From: a virus
Virus record (IMG/VR): IMGVR_UViG_3300045988_037736
Coordinates: 32,001-96,000 of that record
Strand: one strand, 5' to 3'
DNA length: 64,000 nucleotides
In this document: one piece after another, positions 11,022-23,609 of the stretch
Position numbering within the stretch: the stretch's first letter is position 1
Layout of the letters: every line of letters starts with the position of its first letter
Position numbers and translations under genes: made by a program
The notes under the pieces: model-generated
What the model was told of the DNA's origin: nothing
What the model saw: the letters and a program-made list of their open reading frames with translations, nothing else
Databases searched by the model: none

Positions 11022-12410
11022 TTACATACCACTAGATGCATCATCATCTGCTACTGTAGCAGGGGTTGATGAGCTACTCACCTTAGGAACAAGCCAGAAG
11101 TGGTCATCTACAGTTGTCTGTGTCTTCACAGCAATCTCTATCTCATTTACATCATAGCCAGTTCCTGCCAATCTTCTCCTTACATACTGTTGTTGAGTAG
11201 GACTCAACTGACTAAATTGTATATATTGGACATCTCCTGGGATAACATAACCTTCTTTATCCTCCTTATCCCCTCTAGAGTCAGGATTAGAAGCTTGTGC
11301 ATTATCTGCTCTCCAGTGAATGTTACCTAATGGCTTTCTTTGCGCTTTAGCTTTTGCAACTTCAGCAGCTGTTGGAGTAGGTGTTGGAGTAGGTGTTGTA
11401 GATTTCCATGTTACTCCATCAGACTGTAAAATTTCAGTCCATTGCAGCTTACCATTACTATAGAATTTAGTCTTGCCATCAGCAGAAATATAATAAGGTT
11501 TAGCTCCTGAAGCAATACTATCCTTCTCCTTAGCATACTCAAACTGGTCTCTTTGTAGCTGTACTGAGGCTGCTTGATTAGCAAGAGACTGTCTTTGTGC
11601 AGCATTGATATACTCGCCATTCTCAGTAAACTGATAGGTAGGCTTAGCAAGACCTGCATACATACCAGTAGTAACACTACTTAGAACTTGCTGTCTTGCA
11701 GCATCTCCCCAATCAGCAACATTGGCAAGTTCATCATCCATTATCTGTCTGAACCCTTGTAGCTTTGTTCTAAGAGCTTCTGATATATTTGGATTATTAA
11801 GCTGGTCATTTACTACAGCATAGAACATCTCAGGACTCATGCCATTCTGCTGAGTTATCTGATATTTCTGACCACCAAGAACTGTCTTAAATTCAGGGTC
11901 ACTGAATAATGACTTACCTAATGCTTCTGCTTTTGCAGATGTTCTTGCAAGTATATCCTTACCACTTACATAATCCTCACTTACTGTCTTTCCATGTAAG
12001 AAATCATCAAGGGAGAGATTCTCAACCTTGAATATAGCTGAGTTATCTCTTGCCCTTGTATCTCTCCTATATTTTATAGCTTCCTGTCTGGCAGCATCTG
12101 CTCTTGCAATAGGAGTAATCTCCTTTGCATATCTTCTTTTGAGACCAAGGAGCTGCCTTCTGTTAGCCATTGTCATTCCTCTACTGAAGTCATCAGTAAC
12201 AGTTTCTAAATCCTTAGCATATCTACTAAACATTGCATAGGCTTCAGGACTATTCTCCTGTGTTGCAATATCTCTGAATGCCTCAGTCTGAGTTGCAAGA
12301 TTTGCATACTGCTCTTCAGCTTCATTATAAGCTTTGGTGTAATCCTCTAGAGGCTTTACCAGCTGCTCATATGTAAAAGGATTAAACCTACTATTTACAA
12401 CTATATTCAT
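11022..12410 (-). CDS. hypothetical protein 462 aa (PTPTPT linker; structural module)
   Basis: Clean ORF with TAA stop. The start overlaps the upstream gene's stop region. Confidence 0.7.
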   Translation of the reverse strand: MNIVVNSRFNPFTYEQLVKPLEDYTKAYNEAEEQYANLATQTEAFRDIATQENSPEAYAMFSRYAKDLETVTDDFSRGMTMANRRQLLGLKRRYAKEITPIARADAARQEAIKYRRDTRARDNSAIFKVENLSLDDFLHGKTVSEDYVSGKDILARTSAKAEALGKSLFSDPEFKTVLGGQKYQITQQNGMSPEMFYAVVNDQLNNPNISEALRTKLQGFRQIMDDELANVADWGDAARQQVLSSVTTGMYAGLAKPTYQFTENGEYINAAQRQSLANQAASVQLQRDQFEYAKEKDSIASGAKPYYISADGKTKFYSNGKLQWTEILQSDGVTWKSTTPTPTPTPTAAEVAKAKAQRKPLGNIHWRADNAQASNPDSRGDKEDKEGYVIPGDVQYIQFSQLSPTQQQYVRRRLAGTGYDVNEIEIAVKTQTTVDDHFWLVPKVSSSSTPATVADDDASSGM

Positions 12411-12413
12411 ATG

Positions 12414-15104
12414 TTAGAATGTTAAACCTCTTTTCTTTCTTTTAATCTTACCACCATAAGCTTCCTTTTGAACAGGAGCATAAACTCCATGTCTACTAGC
12501 CCATGTTCTCCATTTTCTATCAACTTTCTCCCTACCAATATCTCCAAGAGAACTGAAGATGTTTGATAAGTTATCAGAGATAGCTTGTTCTCTTGCAAGT
12601 CTAGCTCTTGACCTTATATCAGCAGCAGCCATTGTACCTCTTAATGAGAAGTCTCTAGCTCTTGATAATGCTTCTTGGTTGGCTATATCAGCTTGCAGGA
12701 ATCCTTGGGAGTTCTGAATATTTGTACCTCTATTGAACTCTTCAACTTGATTCCTTTGAGCAAGGTTATATTCTTCAGCCTGTCTTGCTAAAGCACCAAG
12801 CTGGTTTAGATAGTTATTATCAGCAGCAAGAATGCCTGCCATTGCAGTGGCTCTGTTACCTCCTGAAGTATTTAGTAGAGACCTTCTTGAGGCACCTGCC
12901 TCTGCATTCATCTTGTTAATGTAGTAATCCCTATCAAATGGTCTATAAGTTAGGTAGTTACCAATAGGTCTATACCTTACAGGTCTGTAAGCACCTTTAC
13001 CACTGCTTGCTTCAAGTATGGCTGAGACATCACCATCATCAGGCTTTGTAAACAATGAAGTTCCAAGACCTATGGCAGAGCCTAAGATAGGCATATACCT
13101 CATCCAATTATCATAGTTGGGGTATTCACCTCCATTATCAGTAAGGTCAGGGGCTTTCTCATCAGTAGGAGCTACAGCAGGTCTTTCCTTATAGAATAGG
13201 TCTGTATAATCTGTATCTCCTTCACTACTTGTTCCTGTCCTTACATACTGATATGTTCCAGTTGTTGGGTCATAGTCAGGAATAAGTAGGTCTTCCAAAG
13301 GAGTGCCACTAGCATCTGTTCTTCCTGTAAGATACATCCTCTTACCAGTCTTTCTTGGAGCTACTGGAACTGGACTACCTGCAAGGTCTATTCCTGCGTG
13401 CATACCACCCCAACTCTTGTCAGCTGTCCTTGAAGAGAAGATGTCTTTGGTAAGACCCTCTAGAGTAAGAGGCACATATCCTCTTCTTCCTTCATTATAC
13501 CTATTAACTGATTCAACATACCTAGGTAGCCATTGATTTACCTCATCACTTCCCCAGTTATTGATGACATAGTTCCTTCTTGTCATAAATGGAGAGTTAT
13601 CTCCATACATAATATCCCAGTCAATAGAGCCATTTGACTTATAGGGATTGAATCCTTCTTGACCAAAAGTAAGACCTGGAGTAGAGTTATTATAATTGAG
13701 AGTCTGCATCCAGCTACCTGTTTCATACAGGTGACCTCCTCTCGCAAACTTTCTCTCTTCTTTTCTTTCCCTTACCTGCTCCTGTACTTCCATCAACTTA
13801 GACATGCTGTCTATCATTCCTGCCCTACTTATAGGGTCATTAGGCCTCTCTTCAGATTCTTTGCTCATTTGAATAGCAGCATCTGCAAAGGTGAGAGGTT
13901 TTGTTCCTCTTAGTTTATATTTCTTTCTTACTGCTTTTGGAACTCTTAGTCTGTTACTAAATACATAATCATTGAAGATAACTTCTCCCTCTTCTACAAG
14001 GTTAGGAATGCCTTCAGCATCCATTCCCATAGGAACTCCTTCATTAGGGTTTTCTTCATGTGTACCTCCATTACCCACAAGAACAAGTCCTGTATCAAAG
14101 TCAGCTCCATGTGTCATAAGGTCTCCTCCAAAGGCATGATGCCACTTAGCAGCGTTCTAAGCAAATATAGCTCTCTTTCTAGTTAAAGGATTTTTACTAT
14201 GGGTTAATTCCTCTGTAGTCTTTCCTGTTCTCTTCTTAGTAGCATTGAACTTACCTCTATTCTCTGGGTTAATATGTATTCCTCCACCTTCTGCAAAGTA
14301 CAATGGACCTCCATATGAGGCTATGTTTCTAAGTATATCCCTCTTCCTAGTCTATCCTATATTATACTGTGCATTTTCTAAAGAAGAACTAACATATTGC
14401 CTAGCAGTATCAGCTCTTTTGCTCATATCCTAATATAAATCATCTATATCATGACTAAATGCACCCTAACTGCCTAAATCATCATGATTAAAGTATCCAA
14501 CTGTTGGAGCAGTAGCCATCTCCTAAGCTAAAGCATCATAATCAGTAGCACTTGATTTAAACTGTCCAGCCTGGGATATTTGATTATTTAAAGAACTTAT
14601 AAGTTTTTCATTTCTTTCAGAACCAAATAAGTTATTAGTAACTCCTCCAAGTAGCTAACTTGCTCCCATTACTATACCCCCAACCATTGGGTTTACAGAC
14701 ATTAAGGCTCCACCTACAGTTGAGCCTATACTACTAATTCCATTTCCTACTGCACTAGACCTTTTTCCTCCAATTACATTACCTACAATTGAACCAGTTA
14801 AGGCACTTCCTAGTCCTATACCCTGTTTGCCCAATTGAGTAAGTCCTAAGGATGGATTAGTAGTTCCAGATGGTGGAAGAGGAAGGGTTGCTGAAGCAGC
14901 AGTTGGTTGAGTAGTTTTAGTAAGAGCTTGCAGCCCTGTTGATATAGCTTCTCCAGGCATAGTTTCTCTAATACCAGGCATAGAAAAAGCATCATCCATA
15001 CCTGGTATTCCAGCTAGATAATCAGGAGTACCTCCCCATGCAAAATAATTATTCCTCCCAAAAAGGAGTTTATTTGTTCTTTTTTTAATAAGTTTCTTTG
15101 CCAT
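12414..15104 (-). CDS. hypothetical protein ~896 aa, read through 6 in-frame TAG codons (all in the N-terminal third). C-terminal 567 aa is the TAG-free ORF 12414-14117.
   Basis: ORFs 14655-15104 and 12414-14117 are in the same frame. The intervening 540 nt translate cleanly if TAG is sense (TAGs at 14655, 14523, 14466, 14430, 14352, 14157). TAA stop at 12414. Confidence 0.55.
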
Positions 15105-15170
15105 CTAAATGAATTTTGTATGCAAATGTAGCAAAAATATCCCACTAATACAATAGTATAATACAATTAA

Positions 15171-15204
15171 TTAAAAAGGTGTAAGGTTTTTCTTACACCT
15201 TTTT
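15171..15204 (-). terminator. hairpin (AAAAGGTGTAAG / CTTACACCTTTT) immediately downstream of the giant recoded gene
   Basis: Perfect 12-bp inverted repeat 3 nt after the TAA at 15207. Flanked by A/T runs. Confidence 0.45.
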
Positions 15205-15206
15205 AA

Positions 15207-18200
15207 TTACATAGAGTACTTAGTAGATACATTATATATTGTCACTCTCTAGTTTTTATGTGAGGCACTCCCTAGAGTTATTTCACTCCATGGATTTCTA
15301 ATCCTTGCCCTACCATAGTGCCTTATAACATCTTTACCATCTTGTGCTACATAAGGAGACCTAGGAATATTAATCCTCCATATATTAAACTTCTTCCTTA
15401 TATCTCTACTATTAGTGAGGTCAGTATAAGCTTTCTAATAGTCATTCTCTGCTTGGATAAAATCAAATGGCTTATCAGAATTATCCTTTTGGTCAAAGTT
15501 CCGTACTTCAGCATTAACTTCCACTGTGTCAAAAATTTTTGTGTAAGGAGAATTACCATTAGATATATAAGTGAAACTAAATGGTTTAAAGTTACCATAG
15601 AACTCATTATATACCCCAGTGAAGTTCTCCCATAGCCTAACTTTATCCTATTCCTATTTTATAGAGTAAAAACCACCTTCAAAGTCAAACATACCTTCAG
15701 TTTCACCATAACTTAAAAAGGAAGTGAACTAGTTAAGCTTAGTTGAGAAACATAAAGCTTCTTCGCCATGAGCTGGAGAGAAATATACATCCCCATTCAT
15801 ATTATCAACAAAGCTTCTTACTCCCATTCCTGTAGGAGTCCACTCTGATAAGTCAACATCATTCTTAACCCACTAACTCATTCCTGAAAGCTCACTTACA
15901 TTTACTAATTCCTAACCATATCTATAAATACTTTTGGACTCGTTATCTATGAAGAATAGACCTGTTGAGGTAGGAATAATAGACCATTTATTAGCACATC
16001 CAATAGTAGAGGATAGAATCCTGAACCCATCTACTCTGTTTGAATTTCCTATCTCAATAGGTACTCCGTCTGTAGGATTGAGCTATACTCTAGAATTAAA
16101 CATAATCTAGCTAATAGATTTTTCCTAGAAGCCAATAAGAGTATCATTGATGGAGGTTAGACATGTTACAGACCCTTTATCAGCAGGAAGGTCTAAGGTA
16201 CTAGCTAAAGTGACATTAGTCCATGGGTCAATTATAGACTAGGGATTTTTCTTTAAGGACCATGCTACCTAGTAAGGAAATGTATCTATTTTATAATAGT
16301 CCTTGTCTAGTGTTCTGTAGTTAAAGAAGTTATCTAACTAAGAGTATACTTCATTTATCTTATAAGAGTCAGGAGTAATGTCGAAGTTGGATAGCTGCCC
16401 TCTTTTAGTATCGTATCTTCCATCAAGATTAATATGTGACTCAAGCATAAATGAACCTATTTCTACTATCTAATTAGTATCATCATCTGCAAAAGGATAA
16501 GTCTTTACACAATCATATCTTGTACACCATGTATCCCCATAGGCATAAGGAATCGTAATTATCTTATGTGGAGTTGATACAAGAGGAACTGACTCACTAC
16601 TTGGAACCCATAAGTTATTTTTGATAGCTTCATCCGATTTACCTCCAAACCTAGTGTCTGGGTCAACCCACTATGTTAATTCAGCTATAGGTAATGTGGG
16701 GGAATAATCTTTATCCTCTTCAAGTAACTACAGAGTGCTATTCTGGATGGTAAACGTATTATCTGTATTATCTGTAGATGGCTCTGAATACATTTTATAA
16801 GATGTAATACCAACTATATTTCCGAGAGATACCTTTAAGTTTAATAATACCTAATCCCCAAGATACTAAAAGTTATCATGACCATCCTGTAAGTTTTCAA
16901 AAGGACCCCATTTTATTGGCCCCGCATTCTGAAGAACTCCTACCCACTCACCATTTACATAGTGATGATAGATTATACATCCTTTCTTCACTAAAACAGT
17001 CACTTTAGTTCCTGAGTTTTGTACCTGCCAATACCCTACTTCTCCTATCTTTACCCTTTTAACCAATACACGCTTAGCTATGGGTCCAATGTAAGCCATT
17101 ACAATCTGATAGGTTCCTAGAGCAGTCACACTTGTATCGTCAACATCTAGTACTAAGTTCCCCTCTTTGTTATAAGTCCCATAAAAGGTTTTTGAGCCTA
17201 TAAATGAAAGGATAGGATATGAAGTACTGGTAGAAGTATTATTCTCCCATCCAGAGGGGGTATACTATGAAGTTATAGTCTCACCAGTAACAGAAGTGTA
17301 TGGTAGTACTGGAATAACCTTAGGGTTATCCTCATCATATAAAGAGAATACTAAGTGAGGAGATGATTTATACTTCATTCTTACTGACTCCCCAGAAGTA
17401 GGTACATTAGTAGGGGATACTTGTGAAATACTATCATCAGTACCAGCATAAATAGGATAAGCTGATGTGGCTGATACAATATCATCTACATTTCCAAAGT
17501 ATAGTACATCCTAGTCTAAATGTGGAACACGAACAGTTAAGCCTGTAACCTCTTTAGAAGAGAATAACTTAGGAGTTGTAATTTTAATATTGTGGTTATT
17601 AGAGTTAAAAAAAGTTGACTTACTTTCAAAATACTTTAAATTGGAAATAATCTTCCATTTTAGTATAGCTGTTCTATTTCCGGATTTCTCTATAATCTCA
17701 GGAGACCTGACAATATCATTATTTAGTGAGCCTGTTCTATGCCAAGGATAAACTAAATATTTAACAATACCTGTCTTATCATCATCTAAAAAATCCCCTC
17801 TTAGTATTTTATCTTCAAAACAACATGATGATACAAATCCTCCATTAACAGTAGTATTAGGAGTAGTACAGTTCACTGGAAATCCTACAGGATGATGTAT
17901 AAATCCTCCAGCCTGAGAACTAGCTTTAGAGGTCACTGCTAAATCTATATCTCCATACAATCCATGTAGGCTAGCGGCTCCAACAATATTTAGCCTTGCT
18001 CCTTCTAATTGAGTAGTATTTATATAGGACCCATACTCAATTTCTGGGGAATGTAAAGTAACTAAGTTACTATCAACAGCAAAAGTTGAATAATGAGACT
18101 TTATACCATCAGAGGGAGAAATAATTTCCTATATTGACTTATTGGAATCTCCTGGCAGAGATGACTATATTTCAGCACTTCTATTACCTCCACTGAAAAG

Positions 18201-19955
18201 TGTATAATTATGTTTATACTAAATAGTCGACCCCTAATCTATCGAGGTAGAGGTTTCTTTTGGCTTTCCATCTACATATACAGGAGATGGCCTAAAGAAC
18301 CAAGATGACATTGCATATGGGTTATTCATGTGCCTTCCTCTCACACTGTAGACAGTAGGATTTAAAACTCCCTAACATATAATATTTCTCTCCGCTGGCT
18401 TAGGGAAAACAACACAAGTTCTAGCCCTTCTTACTCCAGCTTTTAATAATGAGGCAGTTGCATTAGGGAATAACTAAAGTTCCTTAGTATCCACCCCGTC
18501 AGTAGTGCCCCAAAAATATGAATTATTTAACTCTACATCAAGAAAACCATCACCATCACCATCACTATTCCTTATGACTTTGTTTAATGGAATAGGTTCT
18601 GACCATTCTCCAGTCTTAAACTAAAATTGAACTCCTAATCTATATGTTTCTCCTGCCTTAAAATGACCAGGCTTAAACTATGGTAGATAAGGATAGTATT
18701 TATTTATACCCTAATTATCATAAGTATCTTCGGCTAAAAAACAATCTGTTAACCCTAAAGAGTCCCCATTTTCAGCCTCTTCCTATTGAAGTAATGTAGT
18801 TAGTTCTTTAGTATTTTTCTGAACAGTAATGTTTCCATAAAACATCACTCCTTCTTTGCTAGTGATAGTTCCAGCTAATATTGTTTGTCCCCCAGTATAT
18901 AATAGTTTAGCAGGGTCTTCTATTGAACCAGTAAGACCAGTATCTGTATATTCAATTGTTTTTACCAGCTAATCCTCAGAACCAAACACATCATACCAGT
19001 ATTCTCCTTCAGCACTTTCCTCCTAGCAATCTTTTAAGTCTAAGTCAGCTACAATCTTAACTGTAGGCTATGCGTCTAGTGAAGTTCTATGTATAGAATA
19101 AACCCTTATATAATCAAAGTTATCAACATTTTCTACTTTAATTGTGAAAGAAGTTATAACCTTCTCTTCTGGATTACCAGCTCTATCATAATTCCTTATA
19201 TACTATATGGGAGATACATAGAATATGTTACTTTCTTGCCCATACTTATTAAAGTATGTAAGAGCATATTGAATTACTCCAGGAGAAAATTCTCCATGAC
19301 TGGAACTTCTACCTACCAGTACTCTTTCTTTTAACTATAGGTTCTATACAAAATCAAATGGAGACTCAGCTCTGTATATCCAATTTCCTTTTTCATACCA
19401 CTTTTCTAGATTTTCTATAACTTCCTAGGAAACTCCCTCACTTTTCTATGGATTTGAGAAATTAACTCCGTCTACTATAACTTTACTAGCTATATCTTCA
19501 GGAAGTTTCAACTCTGGGGCAGTTATATTAATAACTCTAGGCTGGTTAATTCCATCTGTCCAATACAACTTATTCACAAGAACTGACTCACTATCCCCTA
19601 ATATTTCTAGAGGGTGATTAGCATCAAGACCTAGCACTCCTTCAAATAGAGTAACTTTAATCCACTCCCCTTTATCTTCATGGAGTCTATATATTCTAGA
19701 TACTTCCTGAGTGTCATTCTAACTTACAGTAAATACTACTAAGTATCTATTAAGCACACAATGTCCTACGTACTACCCATCAAAAACAACACCAGTGTCC
19801 GTATTTCCCTTCTCATTAGTGATAGAAAACCCAGTATCACTATCCCTATTAGTAAGTCTCACATTTAAAGCATCCCATAAAAAAGACTCATCTTGTCTTG
19901 ATGGGTGAACATCTCTCCTTAGGCCTTTAAATATATGATTATCTGAATACATCAT
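15207..19955 (-). CDS. giant (~1582 codons) tail-fibre/tail-like protein encoded with dozens of in-frame TAG codons
   Basis: Five tracked minus ORFs in this span (ending at 16866, 17511, 19446 and 19773, plus the start MMYSD at 19955) share one frame. Each ends in CTA (=TAG on the minus strand). The first TAA in that frame is at 15207-15209. No other frame has ORFs >=60 aa across 5.7 kb. Confidence 0.55.
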
Positions 19956-19965
19956 GTTAATATAA

Positions 19966-20664
19966 TTAATGAAGTTTGATATACTCCTTAGAACCAAGAG
20001 TTTTAAACCCTTTGCTATGCTCATTAGTCCTGGAGATTAAAGTATTCCAAGAATTAGTGAAAGATTGGAGTTGGTCAATAGAGGGCCTAACAAGGTCAGA
20101 CTGAGCTTGACCCACTGCCCAAGCATATTGTTGTTCTGCGTGTTGCAGAACCTGTTGAGTTATCCTACCAAGCTCAAACTGAACTGTAAAATGTTTTACC
20201 TTTATAAATAGCTCAAGTGCTTCCTCAAAAGAACCATTCTCTGGTATGAGAGGGAATCCTTCTTCATCTGTCGAGAAAGCTCTATAAGCTACTTCTATAG
20301 TTCCTTCCTTCATAGAAGTAAAAATACAACTTCCCTGTAGTTTATAGGTAAGGTCATTATCTCTTGTCTTATCAGGACTCATATGAAATGAATCAGTAGA
20401 GTATCTGAATACTTCATGAAGTACTCCATTACAGTTATGACCAACTGCTCTTACCTGTATCATTTCATAGAAGTCACAAGGTAGCTTACCTCTATAATTC
20501 TCTATCTCAACCTTCTCTGTTTTCTCAAGGAATATTGAGGGCATACCTACCTTCTGTATGAACCTGACAGCATAATTGACTGCCCTTTCTAAAGATAAAT
20601 CTTGTAGCAAGGGATTATCCATCAGGTTATCAAGAACTTGTCTTATGCTTATATATTTTGTCAT
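19966..20664 (-). CDS. hypothetical protein 232 aa
   Basis: Clean ORF, TAA stop 10 nt upstream of the next gene's start. Confidence 0.65.
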   Translation of the reverse strand: MTKYISIRQVLDNLMDNPLLQDLSLERAVNYAVRFIQKVGMPSIFLEKTEKVEIENYRGKLPCDFYEMIQVRAVGHNCNGVLHEVFRYSTDSFHMSPDKTRDNDLTYKLQGSCIFTSMKEGTIEVAYRAFSTDEEGFPLIPENGSFEEALELFIKVKHFTVQFELGRITQQVLQHAEQQYAWAVGQAQSDLVRPSIDQLQSFTNSWNTLISRTNEHSKGFKTLGSKEYIKLH

Positions 20665-21185
20665 ATCTTAAAAGCATCAAAGTTACCACTTTTAATTCTT
20701 TGCTTCAATCTCCTTTTAAGGTCTCTGTTCACTACAAATTCATAGAGGGATTTATTGTTGTAGTCTGCATCAATCCTGTTATAGTAGACCTTGAAGATTT
20801 CTTTTTCCTCCATTTTAATGAGTGTTCTTTCCTTATAGGCTTCCTCATCTTCTGACCATAGTTTAAGTGTTCTATCCCAGTCAATAGGAAGATTAGTCTT
20901 TACCTTTCCCTTCTCAACTGAGATTCTTACATCATACTTCCTTATCTCTATAGTACCCATTCCACATGGTAACTTTATATCATGGCCATGTATAAGTGAC
21001 TCGGCAAGAAGATTATTTATCCTTCTTATAATAGAGTAGAACTGATGTTCTGTAATAGGCTGTCCTATATCAAACCATTTGTTCTTTCTGATATACTTGT
21101 AGGCATCATATACTCCATATGAGTTATTCACTCTATAGACTCTTGACTCACTTACTTTAAGTACCTTCTTTCTGAACTCCTCCAT
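20661..21185 (-). CDS. hypothetical protein 174 aa
   Basis: Clean ORF, TGA stop. Confidence 0.6.
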   Translation of the reverse strand: MEEFRKKVLKVSESRVYRVNNSYGVYDAYKYIRKNKWFDIGQPITEHQFYSIIRRINNLLAESLIHGHDIKLPCGMGTIEIRKYDVRISVEKGKVKTNLPIDWDRTLKLWSEDEEAYKERTLIKMEEKEIFKVYYNRIDADYNNKSLYEFVVNRDLKRRLKQRIKSGNFDAFKI

Positions 21186-21864
21186 ATTTGAACTTGTATC
21201 CTCTGCAAAGCTTACCAGTCCTGCAACACTTACTTAACCATGATTTATCTACTCCTAGAGCTAAGGCTGCTTCTGTAGCTGATTTGTACACAGCTAGTAC
21301 TTCTCCCTCCCTATCAAGCATTTGTACAATCTTAGACATTGGTGAGTTCTCAGATATTTTCAACCTTTCACACATAGGTCTTTTCCTACCAAGATTTACT
21401 TGTCTAAGACATTCCTTTTGTTTCTCACTCATTTTCCATCCAGAACCTCTAGATGATTTTCCTCTATGGGCTATACTCAACTTCTTCTTATGAGATTCTG
21501 TAAGAGTACATCCCCTTCTCTTATTGGATTTTTCATAAGGAATCTTAATTCCTTTATTCCATGGGACATTCCCTGTGCATCCCTCCCCTCCATCTGTAAT
21601 ATTGAGACTAATCCCTAAATTCTTGTAATAGGCTATATATTGTTTCTCTCTATTTATAGCGTCTTGTTCTGTCATTCCAGTATAAAGTATTTCATGAGTT
21701 ATATTGTCCCATCCATACTTTATTATACTATTCTTAAATGGAGAGTTCTTACAATTAAAATACCCTTTACCATTATTCCATCTATGAAGAGGATTTTGGC
21801 TAGTTATGCCTATATATACTTTGCCAGATGGAGTAGTATGTTTATACAAACAATATTCTTTCAT
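21157..21864 (-). CDS. GIY-YIG homing endonuclease
   Basis: N-terminal YxxxxPSGKVYIGIT...R...H motif with a basic C-terminal DNA-binding region. Confidence 0.75.
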   Translation of the reverse strand: MKEYCLYKHTTPSGKVYIGITSQNPLHRWNNGKGYFNCKNSPFKNSIIKYGWDNITHEILYTGMTEQDAINREKQYIAYYKNLGISLNITDGGEGCTGNVPWNKGIKIPYEKSNKRRGCTLTESHKKKLSIAHRGKSSRGSGWKMSEKQKECLRQVNLGRKRPMCERLKISENSPMSKIVQMLDREGEVLAVYKSATEAALALGVDKSWLSKCCRTGKLCRGYKFKYGGVQKEGT

Positions 21865-22592
21865 CAGTCCTCTAGCTGTTTTTGGAAATTACCCTTCATA
21901 TTTCTTTTAATAAAGGTTGCTATATCAGATAAATCATCTGACGCATTGTTGTCAGTGTCCTTTCCCCTATAGACTGCACCAGAGAGATACTTGACTACAA
22001 GTTCAATCAGTGTAGATGCAAGTCCTTCTTCAAGAGGGAACTCCCTGTCTAGTACATCACATTTCTTATCACCTGAGTCACACTCAAGTTCTGCTGCTTT
22101 GTCAGGGTCTTCAAAGATGCCTGTCATTCTTACCTTTTCAAGGTATAGGAACTGGGGGTTACTTGACTTGAAATATAGGTAATCATCTGGGCCTTTCGAT
22201 ACATAGATAATATTCTTAAGCCATTTATTTTCACCCACATATCTCATTCTTTCCCTACTTACATAAGTAATATGGGTACCTTGATAGAAGTCTACAGGAT
22301 ACACTGTGTTTGTACCTATAGACATAGTTGAAGGCACTTTCTTCTCACTCCTAAGATATGTACCACCCTCACAAGGTTCTCCTGCAATAGCAGGTACTTG
22401 TATAAGGTCTAAACAGATAGTTTGGTAGTTACTTTGGGGTATCTCTTTCTTTATATCAGAATATCTTTGCTTCAGTATTAAAGCTCTTAACTTTGATACA
22501 AGAAATAGGACATGCTCCAATGTTATGTATGAGTCATCAGATACTGCTTTCAAAGAATCTAGACACATATAACACACTTCTCTATACGTCAT
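21864..22592 (-). CDS. hypothetical protein 242 aa
   Basis: Clean ORF, TGA stop. Confidence 0.6.
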   Translation of the reverse strand: MTYREVCYMCLDSLKAVSDDSYITLEHVLFLVSKLRALILKQRYSDIKKEIPQSNYQTICLDLIQVPAIAGEPCEGGTYLRSEKKVPSTMSIGTNTVYPVDFYQGTHITYVSRERMRYVGENKWLKNIIYVSKGPDDYLYFKSSNPQFLYLEKVRMTGIFEDPDKAAELECDSGDKKCDVLDREFPLEEGLASTLIELVVKYLSGAVYRGKDTDNNASDDLSDIATFIKRNMKGNFQKQLED

Positions 22593-22617
22593 ATATTTAT
22601 GATATTTATAAGTTTAT

Positions 22618-23286
22618 TTAACTACTATATTTCCATATAAACCCGCCAGAGGTTTTGTGCTCCCCATTTAGGCATTTATACAAGGAAGCTTCAGCTATAC
22701 CAGTACATAAACTAGCTTCCTTAACTGAAGGAAAGGACTGTATCAACTCTTCTTCTAAAGAAAACTGTAGTACGCCCTTTATGGTTTTAGCCTTTATTAT
22801 CTTATCAGACCAAGTACAGGGTCTTCCTTTCAGAGACTTACTGATATTATTTCTCCATTCTTCTGTAAGCTTTACTCCCCTACGAACTAATGATAGCTTC
22901 TTTTTAACCTCATCAGTTCTCTTCTTTCCTCTGTTAGCTATAGAAATTCTATTTTTGGACTCTGTAGAAAATTTGTAGCCAACGGTGGAGTCCCCTCCTA
23001 TTGTGCAATTATATCCATGCACATAAGAGTTATATAGTCCTATGTAATATACTTCCAGCTTGTCAAGTTCTTCTTTAGCCTGCTTTTTAGAACTAAATAT
23101 TCTCTTTTCTAAAACTTCATATTTGAAGGACTCCAAACCATATTTAATTCTAGCCCTATTTATTTTAATTCCAGCATATGGCCCGACAGTGTTCCAATGC
23201 TCCCTTCGTATTTTCTCGTTAGTAGTCTGACCTATGTAAGATTTTCCACTTGGAGAAACATATCTATATATAACACCTTCAACCAT
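22618..23286 (-). CDS. GIY-YIG homing endonuclease (paralog)
   Basis: GVIYRYVSPSGKSYIGQT motif. Confidence 0.75.
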   Translation of the reverse strand: MVEGVIYRYVSPSGKSYIGQTTNEKIRREHWNTVGPYAGIKINRARIKYGLESFKYEVLEKRIFSSKKQAKEELDKLEVYYIGLYNSYVHGYNCTIGGDSTVGYKFSTESKNRISIANRGKKRTDEVKKKLSLVRRGVKLTEEWRNNISKSLKGRPCTWSDKIIKAKTIKGVLQFSLEEELIQSFPSVKEASLCTGIAEASLYKCLNGEHKTSGGFIWKYSS

Positions 23287-23363
23287 ATTCTGTATAATTA
23301 AAATGCTCCTGCAAAGGTAAGCATTTTTTACTTATCCTGCAAGAGCATAATAATTTTTATTTT

Positions 23364-23609
23364 TTACTGTATACAAGTTCCTTTACATGAATCATAAGGA
23401 ATGAGGCAGCTTCCTTGTAGGCAAGAAAGTGCTCTCTCTATAATATACTTCTGTTCAGAAGTTAAAGAGGTCTCCTTACTCAGCTCTGTAATATAAGTCA
23501 GTACTAGAACAGAGAATGTGTCACTATCAGGAATATAACCTACTTGAGACAATCTCTTAAAGTACCTGTTGAGAGTGTCATATAGTTTATTATCTTCCAT
23601 TGCATCCAC
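23364..23609 (-). CDS. hypothetical protein 81 aa
   Basis: ORF; overlaps the next gene's start. Confidence 0.45.
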   Translation of the reverse strand: MDAMEDNKLYDTLNRYFKRLSQVGYIPDSDTFSVLVLTYITELSKETSLTSEQKYIIERALSCLQGSCLIPYDSCKGTCIQ

